IMG/VR virus record: IMGVR_UViG_3300017777_001634
Span: 1 to 35,236 of that record
DNA length: 35,236 nucleotides
Origin: a virus
Lineage: Duplodnaviria > Caudoviricetes
Direction: 5' to 3' (one strand)
Part shown: piece after piece, positions 9,819 to 19,000 of the stretch
Position numbering within the stretch: position 1 is the first letter of the stretch
How the letters are laid out: each line of letters begins with the position of its first letter
Program-made: the position numbers and the translations under genes
Notes under the pieces: model-generated
The model's database searches: none
What the model was told of the DNA's origin: nothing
Seen by the model: only the letters and a program-made list of their open reading frames with translations

Positions 9819-10535
9819 TTAACCCCTAGTTGGAGAAGCGACGGGTGCGGGGGAATAAGATGTCCAGCCAGCTGACTGGAATTTCTTACGTGCTTCTTCC
9901 ATACCAGATGATGCAAGAAGCAGCTTGTATTGACCCTCGTAACTCTGTGCCATCTGGGGGTCGTCGGCCTCTTTACCGAAATTGCGCTGGTACGCACTAA
10001 CATAAATCATGCTAGCCATGATAAACAGGTCTGGAAGATATGTGCTGATAAACGTCTGAGCGTTAGTAGAAGAGAGACTAGCGGGACGAGCGGTACCAGT
10101 TACCAAAACGCTGTAGCTCTGACTAGGGTAAGGGCCAAAGATTAAGTATTGACTTGTAAGCCCCGTGGTCGCTTGGTCACCACCATACACTGCAAAAACG
10201 GACGGAACGCCCGTTGACGAAGAGTCGTTATATACATTCTGTATATACTCTTTGGTAACTGGGAGCACTGGCAAGTTAGCCGTGCCACTTGTCACAGCGA
10301 CCGTCTGAATAGTAATAAAGTCACCAGTAGGTATGGTAAGTTGGTTATCACCACTCGTCATCGTGTAGGTATTAGCATACTGGGTTGACAAGAAATCCAG
10401 ATCACGGCAGATGCGATTTTCTGCGTACGTGATCATCATAGACAAGACAGACTGAAAGTTAGGGTCAGTTGTAGGTACAACCGCCAGAGTAGCGATTTGA
10501 CTGACGTAGGTAGAATATGTTAAACCCGTCGTCAT
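9819..10535 (-). CDS. Tail adaptor/tubular protein A-like
   Basis: 238 aa; MITYAENRICRDL, FGPYP, TFISTYLPDLFIMASM pattern typical of connector proteins; immediately upstream of the nozzle gene. Confidence 0.6.
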   Translation of the reverse strand: MTTGLTYSTYVSQIATLAVVPTTDPNFQSVLSMMITYAENRICRDLDFLSTQYANTYTMTSGDNQLTIPTGDFITIQTVAVTSGTANLPVLPVTKEYIQNVYNDSSSTGVPSVFAVYGGDQATTGLTSQYLIFGPYPSQSYSVLVTGTARPASLSSTNAQTFISTYLPDLFIMASMIYVSAYQRNFGKEADDPQMAQSYEGQYKLLLASSGMEEARKKFQSAGWTSYSPAPVASPTRG

Positions 10536-10564
10536 TTTTCGACACCTATGTACGTTATACCAGA

Positions 10565-10593
10565 ACTATATCACACGAACTTGTTGTAGGCAA
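10565..10593 (-). promoter_or_regulatory. Candidate sigma-70 promoter for the tail-core genes
   Basis: Minus strand TTGCCT-N17-TATAGT with GTGTG-A immediately before the -10; about 30 nt upstream of ATG 10535. Confidence 0.45.
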
Positions 10594-11164
10594 TTTCTAG
10601 CTTGGTGTCGTATTGATTTTGGGCGTACGAAGGGCCGTTGTAGCCCTTGGCAAACCCCGCCCAGTCTTTGCGTTGAATCTCGTCTAACAGACCAGCGGCC
10701 CTGATGAAGTTAGCCATGTGACGAAGCTGATTTACTTCAGACTCCATAGCTTGTTCCACCATTTCTTGAGCGGATGAGCATCCAGCCAGTTTGTAGTTAT
10801 TGCCCATAATTTGACCCAGACCCCATGACACAGATCGCAGAGCAGCGTCCAGATCGATATCAACAGCGGCAGTAATCTCTGCGTAAACAGCGTCTGAGCC
10901 TTTTGGGTAAGGCTTTTCGCCCCACTTAGGGTAAGCGAGGCCAGCGTCGACAGCGAGTTGAAGGGCATCGGGTTTATCCTTTAACATTTTGTAAAAATAA
11001 TGGCGTTCGAATAGAGCCTTAGGTCTCTTTGACTTGTCGAAGCCAAAACCACCAGCTTCAACCGACAACACGGCCCGAAGAGCCGCTGACTCTACACCAA
11101 GGGATTCTGCGGTATTGTCAATGTCGCCCACCTGCATCGGGGTGGCAGTGCCTACAAAGTTCAT
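10571..11164 (-). CDS. Endolysin, N-acetylmuramidase (DUF3380/PF11860-type)
   Basis: AALRAVLSVEAGG, RPKALFERHYF, SVSWGLGQIMGNNY and WAGFAKGYNGPSYAQNQYD hallmark motifs. Confidence 0.92.
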   Translation of the reverse strand: MNFVGTATPMQVGDIDNTAESLGVESAALRAVLSVEAGGFGFDKSKRPKALFERHYFYKMLKDKPDALQLAVDAGLAYPKWGEKPYPKGSDAVYAEITAAVDIDLDAALRSVSWGLGQIMGNNYKLAGCSSAQEMVEQAMESEVNQLRHMANFIRAAGLLDEIQRKDWAGFAKGYNGPSYAQNQYDTKLEIAYNKFV

Positions 11165-11682
11165 TTCTTTTCTCCCTGCGTCATTGCGTCGGTTTTCGCT
11201 TTGCTACCCGCCGACGAGCCAAAGTAGAATTGCACAATACCTGTCCAAGCCGTGCCAAGTGCGCCCAGCATGTATATCAACGTTTCGGACCCACTTGGAG
11301 GAACGCCTTTAATCAACAACCAAGCCAAGATGCCAAAGAACCCAAACGTGACCATAATAGCCATTGCGCGGGGGATCCAGTCATTGGTGTGCATCTGCAT
11401 GCTTCGTGCAGAGTCACGGTCACCTGCCGCGATCTTTTCAAGATCAATATCCAATTCCTTCATTTTTAACTTGAAGGTGGCGTCTGTCTCTTTGAGCTTC
11501 TGCAATTGCTCTGGCGTTGCGCTCATTAGCGCGGCTGACACTTCGGATTCGTTTGCATCCTGATGACCAAACATCGCTTCCGAGAGCGTCTTCACCGCCA
11601 GTCCTGCGAGGGGACCACCAAGTGCTGTCGCCACGGTTGGTGCTACTTGGGCCAAAAGGCCACCGATTTTTGACAGGTCCAT
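11161..11682 (-). CDS. Holin-like protein (3-TM holin, GTA-holin type)
   Basis: VAPTVATALGGPLAG start, DRDSAR motif, two C-terminal hydrophobic helices ending FYFGSSAGS; overlaps the endolysin start. Confidence 0.75.
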   Translation of the reverse strand: MDLSKIGGLLAQVAPTVATALGGPLAGLAVKTLSEAMFGHQDANESEVSAALMSATPEQLQKLKETDATFKLKMKELDIDLEKIAAGDRDSARSMQMHTNDWIPRAMAIMVTFGFFGILAWLLIKGVPPSGSETLIYMLGALGTAWTGIVQFYFGSSAGSKAKTDAMTQGEKK

Positions 11683-12153
11683 TCATTTCATCCCCAAAAG
11701 TATGATGCCTACACAAAAAATCACTGCAACCCCGAGCATAACGATAAGGGTGACAACAGTCGCTTCCCTGATTTCCTCCAGTTTAGCGGCCCTAGCCTTC
11801 TCATCTTCCCATCTCTGGCGTTCAATCTCTTTGCGGATGTTAATCACCTCGCGCTGGACCTGATCCCATGCAGCAAGACCGAATTGTCCCACAAACAGGT
11901 TTCTAGCTTTAAGCGTTAAATCGTATGCCTCCGCTTTGGCGGTGTACCGTTCAATGGCAATCTGCTCTGCGCTTTTGTCATTGAAAAAGGTCTTCTTAGG
12001 AGGCTCTGCGGCTATCTGTGTTAACTTGGCCAGACTGCCCCACAAATCGGACAAGTCCTTAGCCATATGCTGTATTTCTTTACCAGCGGATATGCCAGCT
12101 TTAATGCTAGAATACGCTACCTGTGCTACCGCTAGGACTGATAAAGGGTCCAT
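11683..12153 (-). CDS. Membrane-anchored lysis-region protein
   Basis: Probable start MDPLSVLAVAQ at 12153; coiled coil followed by one C-terminal TM helix (VVTLIVMLGVAVIFCVGIILLG). Confidence 0.6.
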   Translation of the reverse strand: MDPLSVLAVAQVAYSSIKAGISAGKEIQHMAKDLSDLWGSLAKLTQIAAEPPKKTFFNDKSAEQIAIERYTAKAEAYDLTLKARNLFVGQFGLAAWDQVQREVINIRKEIERQRWEDEKARAAKLEEIREATVVTLIVMLGVAVIFCVGIILLGMK

Positions 12154-12157
12154 AGCT

Positions 12158-12340
12158 TCACTCTTTGCGTAGTATTTCACGAGCCATGACGTATAGGCGA
12201 TAAACTATTAGAATAGCACCTCCTATATGCAAGAACAAAAGTGCCCAATCGTTTAGCCCCACGGCCCACATGGGCATTGTCATAACACCACCTGCAACTG
12301 CCGAATCTATCATTAAATTGGTGCTATGATCTTGGCTCAT
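12158..12340 (-). CDS. Small membrane protein, putative holin/antiholin (60 aa)
   Basis: Start ATG 12340 after a GAGGA RBS; hydrophobic WALLFLHIGGAILIVYRLYVM segment and basic tail. Confidence 0.55.
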   Translation of the reverse strand: MSQDHSTNLMIDSAVAGGVMTMPMWAVGLNDWALLFLHIGGAILIVYRLYVMAREILRKE

Positions 12341-12341
12341 G

Positions 12342-12497
12342 TTAGTCCTCGTCTGGCTCAGGCGGCTTAGGAGCCAGTTGGGTCTCGGCATCAATCTTAA
12401 TGCGGTGGATCAGATCAGCCACATCCACATAAGGCCGTTGGCCCAATGTGGCGAGGATCAGGTTCACTTGTTCAATGGTCAGGGAGAGGTTGATCAT
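12342..12497 (-). CDS. Small hypothetical protein (51 aa), not in the ORF track
   Basis: TAATG-coupled to the 339-aa gene; MINLSLTIEQVNLILATLGQRPYVDVADLIHRIKIDAETQLAPKPPEPDED; fills the gap exactly. Confidence 0.75.
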   Translation of the reverse strand: MINLSLTIEQVNLILATLGQRPYVDVADLIHRIKIDAETQLAPKPPEPDED

Positions 12498-13516
12498 TAT
12501 GCAACCTCCGCAGAAGCTGTGTATGTTGCGGTATTAATACTGTACGTAGCAGCCGCCGCTGTTGTTACGGTAATAACAAACTTATCTTCTGTTATTGCGG
12601 ATGCTACACCACCGCTGGCACTAGAATAAGTAAGGTTACTCAACGCAACTGTTGCTGGTGTTGTCCGCATAGTAACCTTAAATGTAATATCGTTTGCGTT
12701 CCAAGTGCCACTAGAAGAAGCATAGCGCGCGGCAGAGCTTCCGCCGTTTCCAGTTGTAAAATACCGCTGACACATTGATAACTGGTTGCTATATATCTGC
12801 CGTTCGAATGGCGTGGCAACAGAACCGACTTCAAGCTGTGCATTGCCAATCTGCCAAGTACCAGATGTCTGTGCGGCAACCGTAAACAAGATTTCAATGC
12901 CCGTTGTAGCAGCGGCAGGAACAGCAATGTTAACCGTATATTGCGTTAAAGTTGCTGTAACGGTAAACGTGCCAGTTGCAATCTGGGTCTTTGTTGGTGT
13001 CCCGATTGTGCCAAAAGTATCAGCGGTAGTGGTGGCGTATGAAGCTGTCCAAGTTACAGTGGTAAGCAGACTGTTGGCTATGTTCACAGATAAGGTGCAT
13101 GTTTGCCCTGCAAGATCATACGAGTTCAACTGTTCAATGCGCTGACCAATGCCAACAGCAGTTACAGAAGCCGCGCCAGTGACTTGCAACAGGTTTTTAT
13201 TGTTGGTTGCCCCTGCCACTTGTGCAGCAGTTACGTTTGCGCCAACAGAATATACAAACCAACGATCAACACATGGATAGCCCGTGTTTGTTGTTGGAAC
13301 AGTTGTCCCTGCTGTAACGGTTGCTGATGTGGCGCGTTGGGCAACATACATATTGCCGTTGATGAGCCTGTTGCGGAGGAATGATGACCCCATGACATAT
13401 GTGCCAGTGGTGGTTAGGTTGTTGCCTACCGTCACATTGCCGCTTCCATCCAGAGTGATGTTGTTAGTCGCCGACGCGCCGTCTTTGATGATTGTGGCTT
13501 GTAATGTACCCGACAT
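12497..13516 (-). CDS. Tail fibre / receptor-binding protein with a carbohydrate-binding-like domain
   Basis: RNRLINGNMYVAQR...DRW...QRIE...QLEVGSVATPFER...LSMCQRYF motif series common in phage fibre proteins. Confidence 0.75.
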   Translation of the reverse strand: MSGTLQATIIKDGASATNNITLDGSGNVTVGNNLTTTGTYVMGSSFLRNRLINGNMYVAQRATSATVTAGTTVPTTNTGYPCVDRWFVYSVGANVTAAQVAGATNNKNLLQVTGAASVTAVGIGQRIEQLNSYDLAGQTCTLSVNIANSLLTTVTWTASYATTTADTFGTIGTPTKTQIATGTFTVTATLTQYTVNIAVPAAATTGIEILFTVAAQTSGTWQIGNAQLEVGSVATPFERQIYSNQLSMCQRYFTTGNGGSSAARYASSSGTWNANDITFKVTMRTTPATVALSNLTYSSASGGVASAITEDKFVITVTTAAAATYSINTATYTASAEVA

Positions 13517-13528
13517 AACGTAATCCTC

Positions 13529-14215
13529 TTATTCGTACAGGATGTTGATAGAGCCAGCATCAAATGTTGCCGTGCCAGCTGATGTAATTCGCACTAAATC
13601 TACAACTCCAGCCATCGCTATAACTCCAGCAGTAGTATCTTGCAAGTTAGTTACTGTGCCAGCCAAAATCCCTGTGCAAGTCCATGTATTACCAGTAATG
13701 TTTGTAATGACCAGATTACCAGTTGCCAAGTTAGCCGCTACGCCAAGAGCAACACACTCAAAACCGCTTCCGCTATATGCGTTAGTTGAAACAGCCGTTG
13801 CTTGCAATCTAGTTGATGAACCTGTGTATCCTGATGTTGTAGCAACACCACCTGTTCCCAATTGGACAGTTAGCTGATCAGTATTACTAAGGCTTACACC
13901 ATTAAACATTACAGTAATGCGTTTCACCCAAGACGGGATGGACGTAAAATCAATGCTTGTGCCACTGGTAGATGCTTGTGCTGTTCTTGATACTAATGGA
14001 TATAACGTGCCAGTTGCCCCTGCAACGGTGCTTGAACCAGTAATAGCACCCGTGACAGCAACAGTACCAGCAAATGTAGCGTTCCCAGTGTGGGAAGATG
14101 TACCAGTAACAGCCAAGGTACCCGCAACAGTGACGTTGTTAAGCGCATCCGTGCCAGTCGTGTCGGTGATGCCGTTGGTCGTGATACCAGTTGACCCGTT
14201 GATTGTAACTGCCAT
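13529..14215 (-). CDS. Tail fibre-associated protein (228 aa)
   Basis: MAVTINGSTGIT N-terminus; STSGTSIDFTSIPSWVKRITVMF...FDAGSINILYE beta-sandwich-like C-terminal domain. Confidence 0.65.
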   Translation of the reverse strand: MAVTINGSTGITTNGITDTTGTDALNNVTVAGTLAVTGTSSHTGNATFAGTVAVTGAITGSSTVAGATGTLYPLVSRTAQASTSGTSIDFTSIPSWVKRITVMFNGVSLSNTDQLTVQLGTGGVATTSGYTGSSTRLQATAVSTNAYSGSGFECVALGVAANLATGNLVITNITGNTWTCTGILAGTVTNLQDTTAGVIAMAGVVDLVRITSAGTATFDAGSINILYE

Positions 14216-14226
14216 TGTCTTAACCC

Positions 14227-14412
14227 TTATGCGCTAGGTGCGGGTGGATTGGGATCGACAGGATGACCATCAACCCACGCCCAACCAATGCTGAAAATCT
14301 CGTCGGTCGTAACCAACTCACAACCGTCTGGCGGTGTGTATGGGGACACGCCGTCATAGTCGATTGCGTTTTCAATGATGCCGTCTTTAACGAGAAGATA
14401 ATACATGATCAT
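14227..14412 (-). CDS. Small tail-fibre assembly/chaperone-like protein
   Basis: TGATG-coupled start at 14412; YLLVKDGIIENAI...IGWAWVDG pattern typical of genes following glycine-rich fibres. Confidence 0.6.
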   Translation of the reverse strand: MIMYYLLVKDGIIENAIDYDGVSPYTPPDGCELVTTDEIFSIGWAWVDGHPVDPNPPAPSA

Positions 14413-15407
14413 CACCACATTGTTACTTTAACACGCCCAGCACCACCAGCCGCGCCGTTGACGTTAGCAGAGGAAGAGGCACCGCCACCCCCGCCGGGTT
14501 GAGTTCCCGCAGTTGGAGTTGCGGCTCCAGTGCCACCATTTCCACCAAAAGTAGATGTTCCCGCAACTAAAAATGCCCCAGTAAGGCCCCCGCCGCCACC
14601 GCCGCCATAAGTTGACGATCCAGCACTTACCTGAACACCAACATCGGCAAATGTATATCCCGATCCATTCCCACCATAATGTAATGTTGGAAGTGGAGAC
14701 GTTATAAATGCAGGGATACCATCTAGATATATCGCAACACCATTATATTTATTAGAAAAAGTAGTGCCACCGCCACCTGATACAACAGTAGTAAGACCCA
14801 GCCCCGTTTTTGATGCTGTGGCTGTGGCCGAATTATTCCCGCCACCACCACCATAGACAGTTACATAAGGTGATGAGCCAAATGATGTGGTTCCACCAAG
14901 ACCCCCGACACCAGTTGCAGTTGCGCCAAGACCGCCAGCACCGACCGTAACGGTTTCTGTTGCGCCTAATGATGAAATTGGCACTGTTATAGATGTGTAT
15001 CCGCCGCCGCCGCCGCCACCGTTTTGATTTGCGCCAGTATAGCGCGCGCCACCGCCGCCGCCAGCCCACACTTCAATCAGTGCCATAGTGCAACCGATAG
15101 CGTCCGTTGCTTTGGTCCATGTGCTGGAGGAATTATAGGTCAATACGGTGGTGTTTCCCGAAGTGCTTGCAAGCGTGATCGTCCCTGCACCATTGGTGAC
15201 AGTGATACCCGTGCCAGCCGTGATGGTTGCGGCGGTATAATCCGTGCCATTGCCAATTGGGATTTGCCCATTGGTCGGAGCGGTCGTTGTGCTTTGCGCT
15301 ACAAGTGCGCCATTGCTGGCTGGCAGGGTGAGCGTATTGCTTGCCGCAACAGCAGCAGCATCAATCTGCGTAAACCCTGAAGTGGACCCGTTGAGTTTGA
15401 TAGGCAT
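14412..15407 (-). CDS. Glycine-rich tail fibre/adhesin protein
   Basis: Start moved to TAATG-coupled ATG 15407 (MPIKLNGSTSG); SSTWTK...IEVWAGGGGG...VTVGAGG...PGGGGG...GGAGRVKVTMW glycine-rich domain. Confidence 0.75.
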   Translation of the reverse strand: MPIKLNGSTSGFTQIDAAAVAASNTLTLPASNGALVAQSTTTAPTNGQIPIGNGTDYTAATITAGTGITVTNGAGTITLASTSGNTTVLTYNSSSTWTKATDAIGCTMALIEVWAGGGGGARYTGANQNGGGGGGGYTSITVPISSLGATETVTVGAGGLGATATGVGGLGGTTSFGSSPYVTVYGGGGGNNSATATASKTGLGLTTVVSGGGGTTFSNKYNGVAIYLDGIPAFITSPLPTLHYGGNGSGYTFADVGVQVSAGSSTYGGGGGGGLTGAFLVAGTSTFGGNGGTGAATPTAGTQPGGGGGASSSANVNGAAGGAGRVKVTMW

Positions 15408-17584
15408 TAGACAATGCTCCAAGTTGAACCAGACGGAATGGTTACTGTCACACCGCCATTAACTGTAACAGGCCCAAACGTCCCAGCGTTATAGCTACTA
15501 GATATACTGTAATCTGCGGTAACTGTCTGTCCATTTAGGTAGAAAATCTGATCGGTACCACCACCAGTAGCACCACCACCAATAGTTCCCCAAGCCGTGC
15601 CATTGTACCCTTCAAACCCCGTGGTGGTAGTGTTAAACCGAATCATACCCGTAGACGCTGTTGGTCTGTTAGCTGTGGTGCTTGCTGGCAGAACAATTGC
15701 ACCCGTAGTTGGAAATGACACAATACCCGTTGTGGCGACACTCAGCGCAGTGGTAGCCCCGTTATTACCAACCTTAAAGACAATGCTGTCAGACGAGCCA
15801 ACACCAGTGGTGGACTGCAGGGTTAGAGTAGAGCTAACCGCCGTGCCGCCATAATGATCCGCCGCAGTTAACGATGTTAAGGTGGGGGTAGCAGAGTATG
15901 CTGGAGCAACACCAACGCCACCAGACACAAGCACCGATCCCGTGGCAACATCAGCCAATTTTGATAGCGTTGTTGCACCAGAGGCATACACTAAGTCGCC
16001 AATTGTATAAGACGTAAGGCCAGTGCCGCCATATGCGGCACCAATTGCGGTTGCATTCCAAGTACCAGCTGTTACCGTTCCAACGCCAGAAATACCAGTG
16101 TATGATCCACTAATACGGGCTGAATCTATAACGCCAGAGGTAATCGCAGACGCGTCGATAGCGATAGATGTATTAGAGGCCGCTGTAAGCTGACCCTGCG
16201 CGTTTACGGTATATGTAGGAACAGACGACGCCGAACCATAACTATTGGCAGTAACTGCTGTGTTAGCGATACTAAATATCGTGCCAGCAAGACTAAGACC
16301 CGTGCCAGCGGAGTACGTAACTGCTGCACCGAATTGAACAAATGTTATCCCAGTTGTTCCAACAACAATAGGAAGCGGTGTCTGCTGTACCCAAGAAGTA
16401 TTAGCATTAACAGAGCCGTACGCGATGTAAAAGAAATCACCCTGATCAATTTCATTGGTGCCACTCCCGCTAGTATCATAATCGGTGGCACGGATCATTG
16501 AATATGGAGTACTAGCACTACCAGCAGCTGTTAGGACGTACGCCCCGTTATAAGGAGCGTTACCCACTACTTCGTTTTTTACAAGGATTCGAACAGCATT
16601 GGTAACATCCGTGGCAGTAAACGTGTAGCCGTCAATTACCAACACGCCGTTGGCGGTTGCGACGATCGTAGCACCAACACCACTAGAACCGTTATTATAC
16701 GTATATGTAGGTAGCGCGGTGGTAGTAGCATATTGGCAAGCAGGGTGAAAGTTAATGCCATTGGCTACAGAGTCAACATACCCTTTGTTAGCAATATCGG
16801 TGCTATTAGACGGCGTTGTGCTGATCGTCCCAGTGGTAAGCGTAACAGCATCAATAGTGGTGTTAGAAGCCGCCGTAAGCTGCCCCTGAGCATTGACGGT
16901 AAACGTACCGACCGACGACGAAGTGCCGTACGACCCAGCAGAAACAGCTGTATTAGTGATACTAACTGTGCCTGTGCTGGTGATCGGGCCACCAGAGAGG
17001 CCCGTACCAGTGTTTATCTGAGTAACAGTACCGATACCCGCACCACTAGCGGCCCAGTTAACGGTAGTCCCAGTAGATGTAAGAATAGTATTAATCGCGC
17101 CAACAGGAAGCTTAGTTAGCACATTGGGTGCGCTGGCGTACAGCAAATCACCAGTATTATATGTAGAATACCCAGTACCACCGTTGTTATAACTCAAAGT
17201 GCCAGTGACACCCGTGGTCAATGGCAACCCAGTAACGTTCGTCATTACCCCTGACGATGGTGTGCCGAGGTCTGGAGTAATAAGTGTAGGAGAGTTATTA
17301 AGGACAACAGACCCAGTGCCAGTGCTGGTCTGAACCCCAGTACCACCACTTGCTACATTGAGCGTACCACCAACAGTCACATTACCAGTGGTACCATTCG
17401 ATGGGGTTAACCCAGTGGTGTTGAAGCTGATACTGTTAACGAAGCTACCCCCAGTAGTAAGGGTATAAGTAGCTATTTGGTCAACAGTAATATTAACAGA
17501 TGTAGAAGCTTGAACAGCAAGAATCTGCTCATCACCGTTAAGAGATGTCGCAGCGGGTAAGTTTGGTATCGTAATATTAGCCAT
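15407..17584 (-). CDS. Main tail fibre protein (725 aa)
   Basis: MANITIPNLPAATSL N-terminus; repeated GGTG...GDLxYAS and NTAVxAxSYG...TVNAQGQLTAAS units; ANKGYVD, RILVKN and GMIRFNTT..FEGYNG fibre motifs. Confidence 0.8.
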   Translation of the reverse strand: MANITIPNLPAATSLNGDEQILAVQASTSVNITVDQIATYTLTTGGSFVNSISFNTTGLTPSNGTTGNVTVGGTLNVASGGTGVQTSTGTGSVVLNNSPTLITPDLGTPSSGVMTNVTGLPLTTGVTGTLSYNNGGTGYSTYNTGDLLYASAPNVLTKLPVGAINTILTSTGTTVNWAASGAGIGTVTQINTGTGLSGGPITSTGTVSITNTAVSAGSYGTSSSVGTFTVNAQGQLTAASNTTIDAVTLTTGTISTTPSNSTDIANKGYVDSVANGINFHPACQYATTTALPTYTYNNGSSGVGATIVATANGVLVIDGYTFTATDVTNAVRILVKNEVVGNAPYNGAYVLTAAGSASTPYSMIRATDYDTSGSGTNEIDQGDFFYIAYGSVNANTSWVQQTPLPIVVGTTGITFVQFGAAVTYSAGTGLSLAGTIFSIANTAVTANSYGSASSVPTYTVNAQGQLTAASNTSIAIDASAITSGVIDSARISGSYTGISGVGTVTAGTWNATAIGAAYGGTGLTSYTIGDLVYASGATTLSKLADVATGSVLVSGGVGVAPAYSATPTLTSLTAADHYGGTAVSSTLTLQSTTGVGSSDSIVFKVGNNGATTALSVATTGIVSFPTTGAIVLPASTTANRPTASTGMIRFNTTTTGFEGYNGTAWGTIGGGATGGGTDQIFYLNGQTVTADYSISSSYNAGTFGPVTVNGGVTVTIPSGSTWSIV

Positions 17585-17585
17585 A

Positions 17586-18302
17586 CTACACCTGCGGTAT
17601 CTGATCGTATCCGTATGGTAGTCCTACATTTGCCGTTCTTATCAGGGTAGTTGAAGTAGCAAAACTGCCTGACGGGACAACGCTTGGGGTAATGTAAGTA
17701 AACACCATAGGATTCGTAACGGTAACACTATAAAAACCCATAGCCAGTGGATTTGTCAATCCTTCGACGGCCACTTGGTTATTATCAGATAGACCATGCG
17801 CTGAATAGCATGTAACGGTTACAGTAGTGGTGCCAGTAGATGTCACCGACAAGTATGGAACGTTTACCCCATAAGCCACTTTTCCCTGTAACGGCATAAT
17901 GGCATTAATGTCAAGGCCAACTGGAGCACCAATAGGCTGAGGGTTATAGTTAACATTGCTGCTATTAACAATATGGGTGGTAGATGGTATAGGGATACCA
18001 GTAACAGGGTCGATTACAATAGTAGTAGTAGTTATATAGTCAGTCTCTGCCTCGGCATAAAGCTCTACACGAGCGTTTATAATAGGGGTAGGGTCTGCTG
18101 GAACAATAATAGCGCGAAGCTGCTCTTGAGGAGTATCATTGCACGACTCGCACACCAAAATGCGCTTATTAATGAGACTTACACCTGCCCAATCAAACTG
18201 CCACGATAGGTTAGTATGGTTGTAGAGGAATCCACAGCGATCGCATACACCAAACGCCTGTGGATTTCTACTATCTACCCTAGCGCGACCGTGCGGTCTC
18301 AT
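17586..18302 (-). CDS. Neck/head-completion-region protein with an N-terminal CxxC...CxxC zinc ribbon and a C-terminal beta-rich domain
   Basis: AFGVCDRCGF...LVCESCNDTPQEQL; C-terminal VTVTCYSAHGLSDNNQVAVEG...YSVTVTNPMVFTY. Confidence 0.6.
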   Translation of the reverse strand: MRPHGRARVDSRNPQAFGVCDRCGFLYNHTNLSWQFDWAGVSLINKRILVCESCNDTPQEQLRAIIVPADPTPIINARVELYAEAETDYITTTTIVIDPVTGIPIPSTTHIVNSSNVNYNPQPIGAPVGLDINAIMPLQGKVAYGVNVPYLSVTSTGTTTVTVTCYSAHGLSDNNQVAVEGLTNPLAMGFYSVTVTNPMVFTYITPSVVPSGSFATSTTLIRTANVGLPYGYDQIPQV

Positions 18303-18988
18303 CTATAGTACCCCGATACCATTGGGCTAATGTACATGGCGACGTTTTCCACGTCCTGAGCGGCGGCGATACTGTACGACTCGTCGGCCACAGCCTTAAG
18401 AGCGGCGGCGATAGGCGGTGACCAAATCTTGGCCAGACGATATGCCAGACCGTCCGCAAATGCTTCTAGCCAACGGTACGGAATTTCAACCGTTTGGCCA
18501 TTTGTGAAATTAGAATCCTGTACCTGCCTTACACGGTAATACTTAAGGGTATACGTACCAGTGGCTGGTGGAACAGGCCACAAAGTGATAGTCGGGGAAA
18601 CAAGGCGGTCAAACCAGAACACCGTAGGAAAGCCTTGCTGCTCTTTATTAGGGTAGGAAGCATACTCCGTACGGCTTACTGGCATAATAATACGGTCGAT
18701 CGGTTGGCTAGAAGAATCTATCTCAACGTACGCATCGAGCACCATTACGGTGTTGCCGTCAACAGCGTAAGTAGTCTGGCCTTGGATTAAAGGAACAGAC
18801 ACAAGATCGACCGCCCACAGATTGACCCCTTGGTTAGACCAACGGGAAAGCATCAGATTGGTGGCCATACGGGCGGACACCATATGCTCTTGTGCCAGCG
18901 AAGTGTTGCGTACCCCGCATACATTGTATGCGTAGAGTGTTAACTCGCCAAGGGACGGGTTAAATGCATAGGTGCCGCTCGTGGTCAT
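18299..18988 (-). CDS. Head-tail adaptor / head-completion protein (P22 gp4 / T7 gp11-like)
   Basis: MTTSGT..F, ARMATNLMLSRWSNQGVNLW, GFPTVFWFDR...LWPVP and IPYRWLEAFADGLAYRLA pattern. Confidence 0.7.
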   Translation of the reverse strand: MTTSGTYAFNPSLGELTLYAYNVCGVRNTSLAQEHMVSARMATNLMLSRWSNQGVNLWAVDLVSVPLIQGQTTYAVDGNTVMVLDAYVEIDSSSQPIDRIIMPVSRTEYASYPNKEQQGFPTVFWFDRLVSPTITLWPVPPATGTYTLKYYRVRQVQDSNFTNGQTVEIPYRWLEAFADGLAYRLAKIWSPPIAAALKAVADESYSIAAAQDVENVAMYISPMVSGYYR

Positions 18989-19000
18989 GACGACTCCTTA

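Noticed and set aside
6349-15565. Diversity-generating retroelement (TR/VR pair) behind the shared fibre C-termini
   Set aside because: The similarity is at protein level with broad nucleotide divergence rather than adenine-specific changes, and no reverse transcriptase is in the window.
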